Source: a virus
Lineage: Duplodnaviria; Caudoviricetes
DNA length: 24,511 bases
Reading direction: 5' to 3' (one strand)
Virus record (IMG/VR): IMGVR_UViG_3300044267_006876
Location: 1-24,511 of that record
Position numbers and translations under genes: made by a program. How positions within the stretch are numbered: the stretch's first letter is position 1; every line of letters begins with the position of its first letter. Of the stretch, positions 5,438 through 14,010 are shown one piece after another. The notes beneath the pieces are model-generated. The model was not told the DNA's origin and searched no databases. It worked only from the letters and a program-made list of their open reading frames with translations.

Positions 5438-7264
5438 ATGTCAGTAAATGTATTAACTCTTAATGAGTTAACAAATAGTAAATTAAATAGTATAGCAGAT
5501 AATATTATGCTTGGTCCACAAGCAAGTATTATGGAATCATTAAATAACATAAACGGTACTCATCAATTAGATCTTGGGGTTACTAAAACATTTAGATGGT
5601 CACCTGGTGTTTATGATAAGATTAAAAAGAAAATATATCAATATAATGGATTTGAAATGAGTAATTCAGGTATGTATCATTTATTTAGAAGAATGGACGA
5701 AAATTATCATTGGTATAAAAAATGTCTTAAAGATAAAGTTGTAGGTTTAGAGAATGAATTAAAAAACTTGCGAGATAGTAATATTGTTTGGCAAGATAAT
5801 TCAGATGCAACTTTAAATATTTATGCTTTAATTAAAGAAAAAATAGAAGAAACTTATAATGATCTAAATGATGATATTCAAATTAGATATAATATATTAG
5901 AACAAGTTGATGATGATACAAATGAGATATTATATAATAATTATAAAATTAGATTTTTAATAGAATATAATAATATTGATGTTCATATATGGACTGGTCG
6001 TAGTAAAAGATATTTAGGTGCTGTGCCAACTGGTCCAGTAACATTAAATATTCAAATGAATTTAGTTCAAGCTTTGAATAATTTATCTGTAAGACAAAAT
6101 AATATGTTTAAAATTGTTAATTTACCTTCTAATTATAGTACTGAAGGCTCTGTATTTAACATAAGAGGTTTATATGATTCAGATGTTGAATTATTTCATC
6201 CTTTTATAGGAACTAATACACGTCGTTATGGAAGAGATGTTATATTATGTAATGAAACTAAATCAATGAATTGGAGAAATGTATGTACAGGTGATATGGG
6301 TAAACAAATGGCATTAAAATGTATTAATTTTGATTTAAATGAAATAAATGGAACATTTAAACAATGGTTATCTAATTTTATAGTTAATCACACACATCCA
6401 TTAAATGGCTTTAGAACATGGTTTCATGGTTTACCTAAATGGTTAAAGGAAACTGAAGACTTACATGCTATTATAGGGCATAGAGAAGATGTAGAGGATT
6501 GTTATAATGCTACACAAATAATAGATAAAGAGTCTGATGGTGATGATTTTACAAGTAATATTAATTATTGTACTGAAAGTGAATGTCAATTACAAGCAAA
6601 TTGTAATACTTTTAAGAGGCTAGCAGACCCAGACTATATAGATATGCGTAATCAATTAATAGCAGAGTTATCATTAATACTTGGTGCTGTTCCTTACGAT
6701 GTTGACCGTAATTGGAGATTTACTACAGTTGAAAATCTAATTCAAATAATTTCTAAAGAAGATCCTTATCGTAGACAGAGAGTACTAGAAGAAGCAATGG
6801 ATTTATACTCAAAAGTATACCCTAAAACTATATTTGCTGATTTAAATTCTTTTGTTGAACAAAGAAACTTGAGTTTATGGTTAACACGCACATTAATAAA
6901 TTATGTTCATGATTTAAGAAAAGAGTATGAACTTGTTCAAGAAGGATGTAAATCTGGAAAATATGAGCCAGAAACTATGAGTGAAGAAGAAATGGTAAGA
7001 GTTCTTCAAACAAGAAATAATAATATGGGGCTAATAGCTACTCATCCACAAACTTCAGCGGATTGGATTGCTCCTGTTAATACATCAACGGGTAATATTC
7101 ATGGTGGTGAACAACCACAAGGTGATCGTGAACAAGAGATTGACTGGAGCGATGAAGAATGGGAAGAATTTGAGAGGCAAGAAGCTGAGGAAATAGCTGA
7201 ATATGAAAGACATTTGAGAGAAATAGCAGAAAACCCAGAACCAACTAACTTAGAGGAGGAATAA
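5438..7264 (+). CDS. Large protein with a putative E2 (UBC-like) conjugating domain, 4-Cys cluster and acidic tail
   Basis: AAAGGAGG RBS; FHPFI(253-257)...NVCTG (C283) followed by helices, resembling the E2 HPN(I/V)...IC signature; lies between Ubl and JAB; C355/C378/C383/C389 cluster. Confidence 0.55.
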   Translation: MSVNVLTLNELTNSKLNSIADNIMLGPQASIMESLNNINGTHQLDLGVTKTFRWSPGVYDKIKKKIYQYNGFEMSNSGMYHLFRRMDENYHWYKKCLKDKVVGLENELKNLRDSNIVWQDNSDATLNIYALIKEKIEETYNDLNDDIQIRYNILEQVDDDTNEILYNNYKIRFLIEYNNIDVHIWTGRSKRYLGAVPTGPVTLNIQMNLVQALNNLSVRQNNMFKIVNLPSNYSTEGSVFNIRGLYDSDVELFHPFIGTNTRRYGRDVILCNETKSMNWRNVCTGDMGKQMALKCINFDLNEINGTFKQWLSNFIVNHTHPLNGFRTWFHGLPKWLKETEDLHAIIGHREDVEDCYNATQIIDKESDGDDFTSNINYCTESECQLQANCNTFKRLADPDYIDMRNQLIAELSLILGAVPYDVDRNWRFTTVENLIQIISKEDPYRRQRVLEEAMDLYSKVYPKTIFADLNSFVEQRNLSLWLTRTLINYVHDLRKEYELVQEGCKSGKYEPETMSEEEMVRVLQTRNNNMGLIATHPQTSADWIAPVNTSTGNIHGGEQPQGDREQEIDWSDEEWEEFERQEAEEIAEYERHLREIAENPEPTNLEEE

Positions 7265-7266
7265 AT

Positions 7267-8190
7267 ATGGACGATGCAATATTCTCTATTAAAGAGAAAA
7301 CATTCGACAAAATACTAAATTATGCACATTATGCTAAAGATAAATTTAAATCAGAAATTGGTGGCATGTGTGTAGTACTAGAAGATAAAGATGGAGATCA
7401 TGAATTAGTTGATCCAGTTATCTTAAAGCAAACAATCAGTGGAGGTAATTGTGTGTTAGATAAAGATGAATTAGCTAAATACTATACTAAAGCTGATATG
7501 AAATACAATAAACAGAAATATACATTCTGTTGGTGGCATAGTCATCATACTTTAGGAGCTTTCTGGAGTTCTACTGATACTGATACTATGGAAGAAGCTT
7601 CTGGAAGTCCTATAAGCTATTCTTTAGTAGTTAGTTGGGACAAAGAACCATATGGACATATATTTAGAGTATCATATTGGAAACCAATTGTTGATCATCA
7701 TGATATTAAACTTGAAATTACCGATAGGAAAGAAAAGCGAATACCTAAATCTATCATAAAAGAAGTAGATGATAAATGTTCAACATTTGTTGCCACTAAA
7801 TCAAACTACATTGGTAGTCCGTTAAATAGAAACTATAGAGGATATGGATATACAAATTACGGCATACAGAACGAACTATTTGGTGATCATCTTGATTTAA
7901 CCGAAAAAGAAGATACTACTGCAACGTATGGTATAGTTCTTGATGAAGTTGATTCATTATTAAATAAATTAGCTTGTGGTACAATAAATTATCATAATTA
8001 TTCTTATGAAATAGATAAGATTAATGATAAATTAGGTAAAGATCATCCTATTTCAGTTTCAAAAGAAGAGGAAAAAACTGTTGATAATATATTAGCTAAA
8101 ACTGCTAGTGATTATGTTACTTATGATTTAAGTAAAGAAGAAGTAGATGATAGAGTGAATATTATGAATATAGAAGGAGACTGGGCATGA
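7267..8190 (+). CDS. JAB/JAMM (MPN+) metallo-isopeptidase
   Basis: Complete JAMM motif: E30 (SEIGG), WWHSH (H91, H93), S101, D104 = E-xn-H-S-H-x7-S-x2-D; about 150-aa C-terminal extension. Confidence 0.9.
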   Translation: MDDAIFSIKEKTFDKILNYAHYAKDKFKSEIGGMCVVLEDKDGDHELVDPVILKQTISGGNCVLDKDELAKYYTKADMKYNKQKYTFCWWHSHHTLGAFWSSTDTDTMEEASGSPISYSLVVSWDKEPYGHIFRVSYWKPIVDHHDIKLEITDRKEKRIPKSIIKEVDDKCSTFVATKSNYIGSPLNRNYRGYGYTNYGIQNELFGDHLDLTEKEDTTATYGIVLDEVDSLLNKLACGTINYHNYSYEIDKINDKLGKDHPISVSKEEEKTVDNILAKTASDYVTYDLSKEEVDDRVNIMNIEGDWA

Positions 8191-8858
8191 TAATTGAAAG
8201 ATTTAAGGATATATTTGATAATATGCATGATTATTCATTTCACATACTTGGTTGCGGGGCCATTGGGAGCTCCGTAGCCACTCAGCTAGTTAGAAGTGGA
8301 GCTGAACGTTTTATATTATATGATATGGATACAGTAGATGTAGAAAATATAGGAGTATCTCAATATCTTGAAGAAGATATAGGTAAAGACAAGGTATATG
8401 CATTAGCTGAACAATTAAAATCTATTAATGTACATGCAAATATAACTACATATTATGGAAGATTTGATTATAATGCTTATAGTCCTGATCTTCAAAATAA
8501 AGATATAGTTATATTAGGCTTTGATTCTATGTCTTCAAGATTAGAAGCTGTAGAAATAGTATGTAATGATGCATCTGCAAGACCACTGTTTATAATAGAC
8601 GGTAGAATGGGTGCGGAACACTATCAACAGTATACATTCAGAAAACCTACAATCCGAGAATACAAAGGTACCTGGTATAGTGATGAAAAAGGATCTACAG
8701 AACCTTGTAATGCTAAAGCTACAAGTTATTGTTCTAATATGAGTGGTAGTTTTATAGTTAATACTATAAGAAAATTAATTACTAATCAACCATATCATAA
8801 AGAATTGAGCTTTCATTTTCCAACCATGAATTTGGATAAAAGTAAAATGATTGCTTGA
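8187..8858 (+). CDS. ThiF/E1-like ubiquitin-activating enzyme
   Basis: ILGCGAIGS nucleotide loop, YDMDTVDVENIGVSQY, GKDKV, GFDSMSSR, IDGRMG and EPC (C174, candidate catalytic Cys); ATGA coupling to the JAB gene. Confidence 0.92.
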   Translation: MIIERFKDIFDNMHDYSFHILGCGAIGSSVATQLVRSGAERFILYDMDTVDVENIGVSQYLEEDIGKDKVYALAEQLKSINVHANITTYYGRFDYNAYSPDLQNKDIVILGFDSMSSRLEAVEIVCNDASARPLFIIDGRMGAEHYQQYTFRKPTIREYKGTWYSDEKGSTEPCNAKATSYCSNMSGSFIVNTIRKLITNQPYHKELSFHFPTMNLDKSKMIA

Positions 8859-8881
8859 TGACATGAAACGTCATATAGAGT

Positions 8882-8911
8882 GAGGGACTTTTAGTGGCCT
8901 TTGAGTCCCTC
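8882..8911 (+). terminator. Hairpin after the E1 gene, possible terminator or processing site
   Basis: GAGGGACTT/GAGTCCCTC stem; no clear U tract. Confidence 0.4.
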
Positions 8912-9009
8912 TCCTCCTAAAAGTTTGGCTGGCATACCCAATGTAAAGGTTTGGCCTAATCTGATAGAGAACTGATACAAAGTATGCCAAATATTATATA
9001 AAAAAAAGC

Positions 9010-9038
9010 TTGGCGAATTTAGGTAAATTGCTTAAATT
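9010..9038 (+). promoter_or_regulatory. Sigma70-like promoter for the replication module, overlapped by an inverted repeat
   Basis: A-tract then TTGGCG-N17-TAAATT; imperfect palindrome GAATTTAGG...CTTAAATTC at 9015-9039. Confidence 0.45.
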
Positions 9039-9073
9039 CTAGATCCAATAATCATAAATAATAGGAGGGAAGT

Positions 9074-9838
9074 ATGAAAACTTTATACTTTGATTTAGAA
9101 CATGGAAGTAAAACTCTAGGTTCTAAAAATGCTATACAAACAATGTTTGGCTATCCTGTATTACATCCATACACTTGGGATCAATTTCTCAAGATTATAG
9201 GTGGTATATACAAGCAAGACAAAGTTGTTGTAACACAAAAAATAGGAGACCTTGAAGTATCTCATGAAGATCAGCAAGTAGCTCTTAAAAATGGTACTGT
9301 AGTTGATGCATTAGTCATTGATACAGTATCTGAATTATGTAAAAAATACCAAAGAAGCTTATGTGATAAAAATGGTACAATGAAGCTTCAAGATTGGGGG
9401 AAGCTGAAAAACAAAATAGACACAGCTTTAGAATTTATTACTAGAATACCAGGAGTGGTAATATGTACGTGCCATTCTAAGATGAGTTCAATGGACGATG
9501 GTACTACCAGAATCCAGCCATATATAGATGGCTCTTCTAAAGAAGATATATCTAAATGGTTTGATTTTGTATTTTACTCAAAAACCATTATCAATCCTAG
9601 TAATAAAAGAGAGTATGTGTGGATTACAGAAAGAAGCGAAATGTATAATGACGCTAAAGACCGTACTGGTTTACTTGATTCACAAATACCTCAAGACTAT
9701 CAATTGGTAATTGATGCTGCTAACAAGAAAGAATTTGATGGTGCTAAAATACTTATCATTGGATCTCCTGGAAGCGGTAAAACTTATAGTCTGCAAACCC
9801 TAAATAAGGAGGTGTCTAATGAGAACACTAACAATTAA
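9074..9838 (+). CDS. Sak4/AAA_24-like RecA-fold ATPase (single-strand annealing), circularly permuted
   Basis: LYFDLEHGS, ALVIDTVS (Walker B), DWGKL, VICTCH, WFDFVFY, AKDR; Walker A KILIIGSPGSGKT sits at residues 225-237. Confidence 0.8.
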   Translation: MKTLYFDLEHGSKTLGSKNAIQTMFGYPVLHPYTWDQFLKIIGGIYKQDKVVVTQKIGDLEVSHEDQQVALKNGTVVDALVIDTVSELCKKYQRSLCDKNGTMKLQDWGKLKNKIDTALEFITRIPGVVICTCHSKMSSMDDGTTRIQPYIDGSSKEDISKWFDFVFYSKTIINPSNKREYVWITERSEMYNDAKDRTGLLDSQIPQDYQLVIDAANKKEFDGAKILIIGSPGSGKTYSLQTLNKEVSNENTNN

Positions 9839-10349
9839 GAAAAATAATGGATCTAAATTCTCTCCAGGCTGGAAACAGGTGGAGATAGTTAAAGCAGTAT
9901 ATGGTGACTATAATGGCACCAAATACGTAGATTGTTACTTTAAAGATTATCCTGATTCACTTAACTTAAGAATCTATGCCAAAACTGGGCAAGATGGAGA
10001 AGAATTTGCTATAGGTAGATTATTCCGATTTGCTAATGCTGGTATAACAGAAGTGCTTAACGGCCCTAATGGTGATAATGTAGTTAAGATTGATGATAGT
10101 CCTCAAAGCTTAATTGGAAAACATATCAATGTATATTTCTACAAAGATGGAGATTATAGCAGAATATTATCTTCTGTAGCTCCAACTGAGTTTGAAAATC
10201 AAATTGAATCATTTTCTGAAGATGATGTTACCTATTGGAAAGGTCAATCAGAAAACTATTACAAAAAGTACATCGTAAAAGATGCTGCAGTTGGTGATAT
10301 GGATTCAATTATAAATACATCTAATGATAGTGATAGTTTGCCAATATAA
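9819..10349 (+). CDS. Single-stranded DNA-binding protein-like (OB fold, DUF669-like)
   Basis: Follows the Sak4-like gene; FSPGWKQVEI N-terminal strand, LIGK.I motif, acidic tail ending DSDSLPI (compare DDLPF). Confidence 0.6.
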   Translation: MRTLTIKKNNGSKFSPGWKQVEIVKAVYGDYNGTKYVDCYFKDYPDSLNLRIYAKTGQDGEEFAIGRLFRFANAGITEVLNGPNGDNVVKIDDSPQSLIGKHINVYFYKDGDYSRILSSVAPTEFENQIESFSEDDVTYWKGQSENYYKKYIVKDAAVGDMDSIINTSNDSDSLPI

Positions 10350-10449
10350 TATCACATAGATCACTGGCACCTGTTGATAAATAGGAAACCTGAAGAGTCA
10401 ATTAAGTTTGGCCGTCAGCAGGTGCTATATCATTAAACAAGGAGAAGAA

Positions 10450-10632
10450 ATGGGTTGGTACGCACAAACAGAAGAAGCAAAACAACATGTAAAAGAATGT
10501 CAAGGATGTGAGAATTGTATATGGATAGAGGAATCTGCTCATGCGATGATGGAATATGGAACAATTATAGAAAAGGATCATCCGTTAAAAGAACTTATAA
10601 TTAATAAATTTCAAGGAATTGAAATAGAATAG
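10450..10632 (+). CDS. Small hypothetical protein with CxxCxxC (likely start MGWYAQ)
   Basis: AAGGAG RBS before ATG 10450; the track's TTG start at 10408 lies inside a hairpin. Confidence 0.7.
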   Translation: MGWYAQTEEAKQHVKECQGCENCIWIEESAHAMMEYGTIIEKDHPLKELIINKFQGIEIE

Positions 10633-10640
10633 GAGAATAT

Positions 10641-10820
10641 ATGGCGGGATTAGCTAAGCTCGGAGATAAAGCAAGATCATCTCAAGGAGCTAAGACTTCA
10701 AATAAAGACAGAACAAAAAGAAAAGAGACTTACTACGAAAGAGCTTATAGACTAAAGAAAGAATTACCTTGGCCTTATAATACTCTAATTGATTTAACTT
10801 ATGTAAAAAAGGGGGAATGA
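10641..10820 (+). CDS. Small basic hypothetical protein, 59 aa (MAGLAKLGDKARSSQG...)
   Basis: AGGAG RBS; hand-translated; exactly fills the gap before the primase gene. Confidence 0.75.
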   Translation: MAGLAKLGDKARSSQGAKTSNKDRTKRKETYYERAYRLKKELPWPYNTLIDLTYVKKGE

Positions 10821-10821
10821 T

Positions 10822-12594
10822 ATGATTAAAGAATTTGCTTTTGGATTATCTAATAGATGTCATTTCCAAGAAGCATCAAAAGCAGGAGAATGGATGGGTC
10901 TCGATAGAGATACATTTGTATCCTTATATGATTATGATAACAATGTTATAAATTATGTCCAACAAAAGGGTAAGCTAGCTGGATATGATGGACCTATATA
11001 TATGCCTGATGAATTTATACTTGATGTGGATGGAACTAATCCATTAAATGCAAGAGAAAAGTTGTTAGGTTTAATGATTGTACTAGATGATTTAAATATG
11101 GCTTATAACATGTATTTTAGTGGAACAGGATTCCATGTAGGTATACATTCATCAGCATTTAGATGGCAACCATGTGATGACTTACATATAAAAGTAAAGA
11201 AAGAATTAACATCTAAAGGTATCTTTGAATATGCTGATCCAGCTGTTACTGATAAGACCAGAATAATAAGATTAGTAAATACTAGAAATAGTAAATCTAA
11301 CTTATGGAAAGTACAAATTGATCCTGTATTAAATATACTAGATAAAGATGATAAAGAATTTGTTCAAGAAATTGAGCAGTTTGCATCTAAACCTCAGAAA
11401 GTTATTAATGATGATATAGAATGTAATGTAGTGTTTGATGTATTAGGAGCAGTTCAGACAACCTCACGTAGCGATCTGAACGAGGAGCCTGTCCCTTCAC
11501 AAGGTAGACAACCAGATCCAATGAACTATCCATGTATTCAAAGAATGCTATATGGTTCTGTAATTGGGAGCAGACATTTAGTTGCTTTACGATTAGCTGC
11601 TTGGATGAGGTGGCTATATCCAGAGGAAACAGTACGATTATTAATGAATGACTGGAGAGAACGAGTGGATAATCCAGACAAACCATTTAAACAAAAAGAA
11701 ATGGATGCAATCGTTGATAATTGTTATGAGGGTCATGATGGTAGTGGTTATAGATATGGATGTCATGATATAGTTATGGATAAACATTGTCAAAATACCT
11801 GTAGATTATTTAAATCTAAGAAATCACAAAACACTATGAATGCTGAAATGATGGAAAAAGAAATGATTGATTTCTATAAAAGAGATTTAAATCCAATCAA
11901 CTTTAGTGAAATATACACTAAATGCGACTTTCCCATATACCCAGGGGAAGTTGTTATCCTACAGGCTCCTCCAGCTTCTATGAAAACTATGTTACTACAA
12001 AATCTTATGGTAGCATTTAAGAAACCTACTTACTTTATAGAAATGGAGATGTCACCAAGACAGATCTGGTCTAGATTTGCTATGATAGAAACTGGTATGA
12101 GTGAAGAACAATTAGCAGCTCATTATAAGCAGTATAATAATGGTATAAGTCAAAGCTTTAATTGGTTGACTGTAGATTACGGATCTCTATATACGCATGA
12201 ATTAGAGAAAAGAATCGCTACCCTACCTGTTAAGCCAGAATTGGTAGTTGTTGACCATATGGGGCTATTTAGGAGCAAACAGAGGGATCATAACATGAAA
12301 GTTGAGGAAGCTAGCCAGGCTTTGATGGAATTAGCAGTAAAACATCAAGTAATTGTATTTACAGTTAGTGAGATCAGTAAACAAGCTATGGTTGAAGGTA
12401 TGAATATAGCGTCTTCTAGAGGCTCATTTAGAGTTGCTTATAATGCAAATAAAATACTATCATTAAAACCTTTCAAAGATGAACAAGGTAATATAAAAAT
12501 GTTGCAACTTGTAAGCGACAAGAATAGAGAGCGTGAAACTTTAAACATAAAACTAGGAATAGATAATGTAAGGATGGTTCCATATGAAGAATAA
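10822..12594 (+). CDS. AEP primase(-polymerase) fused to a Cys-containing helical domain and an SF4/DnaB-like helicase
   Basis: AEP motifs FILDVD, FSGTGFH, DPAV..KTRIIR; PCI...YGC...C...C; helicase motifs PGEVVILQAPPASMKT, IEMEMS, VVVDHM, DKNRE. Confidence 0.85.
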   Translation: MIKEFAFGLSNRCHFQEASKAGEWMGLDRDTFVSLYDYDNNVINYVQQKGKLAGYDGPIYMPDEFILDVDGTNPLNAREKLLGLMIVLDDLNMAYNMYFSGTGFHVGIHSSAFRWQPCDDLHIKVKKELTSKGIFEYADPAVTDKTRIIRLVNTRNSKSNLWKVQIDPVLNILDKDDKEFVQEIEQFASKPQKVINDDIECNVVFDVLGAVQTTSRSDLNEEPVPSQGRQPDPMNYPCIQRMLYGSVIGSRHLVALRLAAWMRWLYPEETVRLLMNDWRERVDNPDKPFKQKEMDAIVDNCYEGHDGSGYRYGCHDIVMDKHCQNTCRLFKSKKSQNTMNAEMMEKEMIDFYKRDLNPINFSEIYTKCDFPIYPGEVVILQAPPASMKTMLLQNLMVAFKKPTYFIEMEMSPRQIWSRFAMIETGMSEEQLAAHYKQYNNGISQSFNWLTVDYGSLYTHELEKRIATLPVKPELVVVDHMGLFRSKQRDHNMKVEEASQALMELAVKHQVIVFTVSEISKQAMVEGMNIASSRGSFRVAYNANKILSLKPFKDEQGNIKMLQLVSDKNRERETLNIKLGIDNVRMVPYEE

Positions 12595-12606
12595 AGAGGT
12601 AATAAG

Positions 12607-12828
12607 ATGAACTTAGATAAAAACTGTTGTAAAAAAGTAGCAGCTGCATTTGCTGAATGGCAATATGCTGTTGAAGATGCTATGGAAAATGTAAATAAGG
12701 TATTAAATGTATATCTGGAAATTGAACAAAAACACTATGAAGAAGATAAAAGAGATGATCATATATACTTGACATTAAGTAAATTACGAGAATTTCATGA
12801 TATGGTAGGAGTATGGAATGAAGAGTAA
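12607..12828 (+). CDS. Hypothetical protein, 73 aa
   Basis: GAGG RBS; operon packing. Confidence 0.65.
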   Translation: MNLDKNCCKKVAAAFAEWQYAVEDAMENVNKVLNVYLEIEQKHYEEDKRDDHIYLTLSKLREFHDMVGVWNEE

Positions 12829-13132
12829 AGAAATGATTAAGTTAATGAATACAATATTTGATTCAATACTTAAGATGCATAAAGAAGGACAGAAAGAATA
12901 TGCTCAAGATGAAGATAATGTATTCGCTAACTTTGACAGAATAGCAAATCAAACAAATACAGACAGAAAGTTTGTATTATGGATATATCTTATGAAACAT
13001 GTAGATGGTATAGCCTCATATATTAATGGACATAAATCACAAAGAGAAGATGTAAGAGGTAGAATAACAGATGCTCTTGTATATTTAATTATATTATGGG
13101 GCATGATAAACAAAGATGAAGGCATGAACTAA
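12818..13132 (+). CDS. Nucleotide-modification-associated / MazG-like all-alpha protein (DUF1599/Nmad1-like)
   Basis: K..EYA....FANF...KH...I......E....RITDALVYL pattern typical of these small phage helical proteins. Confidence 0.5.
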   Translation: MKSKEMIKLMNTIFDSILKMHKEGQKEYAQDEDNVFANFDRIANQTNTDRKFVLWIYLMKHVDGIASYINGHKSQREDVRGRITDALVYLIILWGMINKDEGMN

Positions 13133-13329
13133 TGAGAGCAACAGAGTTTATGCATTTTATGAATAGAAATGATATAGGTTTGGGTGCCAATCCACCCGAA
13201 CGAGATTATACTCATTTCACGCCAAGAATGTACTCAAAAAGAAAAAGATATGAATATCAATTAATGTTAAGAGACAAACAAAAGGAGAAACTAAAATGGG
13301 AAAAAGCACTAAACCAAAAGAAAAAGTAG
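13132..13329 (+). CDS. Hypothetical protein, 65 aa
   Basis: TAATG coupling to the upstream gene. Confidence 0.55.
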   Translation: MRATEFMHFMNRNDIGLGANPPERDYTHFTPRMYSKRKRYEYQLMLRDKQKEKLKWEKALNQKKK

Positions 13330-13487
13330 TAAAAGAAGTAGAACTTGATGCAATAAGTGAATCTGATAGAATCGATGCATTACAAAAAGATCTAGATGAA
13401 AGCATATCTGCACTTTATAAAGATATGATTGAGATGAGAGAAAAAATAAATAAGGCAATGGAGCGTCTTGGACTGGAGGCTTTATAA
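13296..13487 (+). CDS. Hypothetical coiled-coil protein, 63 aa
   Basis: AAGGAG RBS; heptad pattern. Confidence 0.7.
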   Translation: MGKSTKPKEKVVKEVELDAISESDRIDALQKDLDESISALYKDMIEMREKINKAMERLGLEAL

Positions 13488-13765
13488 TGTTTTATAATAC
13501 TAATGATGAAACAGGTGAAGATTTACAAAACAGTAGACAAAATTCTGAAAGACAAATGGATGTTGTTTACAGAGTTTTTGAATCTAACCCTAATATGACC
13601 CTTACTCCATTCGAAATAAACACTGCAACAGGTCAAAATTGGCCAATAACCAGTATAAGAAGAGCTATTACAGATCTTACTTCTGCAGGTAAATTAGAAA
13701 AGACAGAAGAAAAGAGAATGGGACCATATGGAAAGCAAACATATTGCTGGAAATATGTATCATGA
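13487..13765 (+). CDS. Winged helix-turn-helix DNA-binding protein
   Basis: LTPFEI...ITSIRRAITDLTSAGKLEKT...R.G.YG....W is a wHTH pattern; GGAGG RBS. Confidence 0.7.
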   Translation: MFYNTNDETGEDLQNSRQNSERQMDVVYRVFESNPNMTLTPFEINTATGQNWPITSIRRAITDLTSAGKLEKTEEKRMGPYGKQTYCWKYVS

Positions 13766-14010
13766 TTGAGGATTTAATTAAACTCAAAAAACAAGTAGAT
13801 ACTTTAATAGAAACATATAAAGATCTGCATCCAGATGAAAACTATTCCTTAGGCAGAGGTCCTTGGGATAGTGAAAAAGTGCAAAAAGAAACAGCTCTTA
13901 AAAGAATAAGGGAGGGATATTATGAAAACACGTTCCGCCAAGAACAAGGGAAGAAAGTTACAGAATTTAGTCAGGGACAAGTTGAGAGATGCGTTCTCGA
14001 TGATACTTGA
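13762..14010 (+). CDS. Hypothetical protein (likely start MIEDLIKL, ATGA overlap); 3' end overlaps the resolvase gene
   Basis: ORF track gives 13744-14010; ATGA coupling at 13762. Confidence 0.5.
   Translation: MIEDLIKLKKQVDTLIETYKDLHPDENYSLGRGPWDSEKVQKETALKRIREGYYENTFRQEQGKKVTEFSQGQVERCVLDDT

Noticed and set aside
8187-8858. ThiF/MoeB in thiamine or molybdopterin synthesis (auxiliary metabolic gene)
   Set aside because: Lacks the paired CxxC Zn motifs of MoeB/ThiF and has no pathway neighbours; context is Ubl, JAB and E2-like.
10385-10415. Canonical hammerhead ribozyme
   Set aside because: CTGAAGA and a stem II are present but the essential GAAA is absent; kept only as an unknown structured element.
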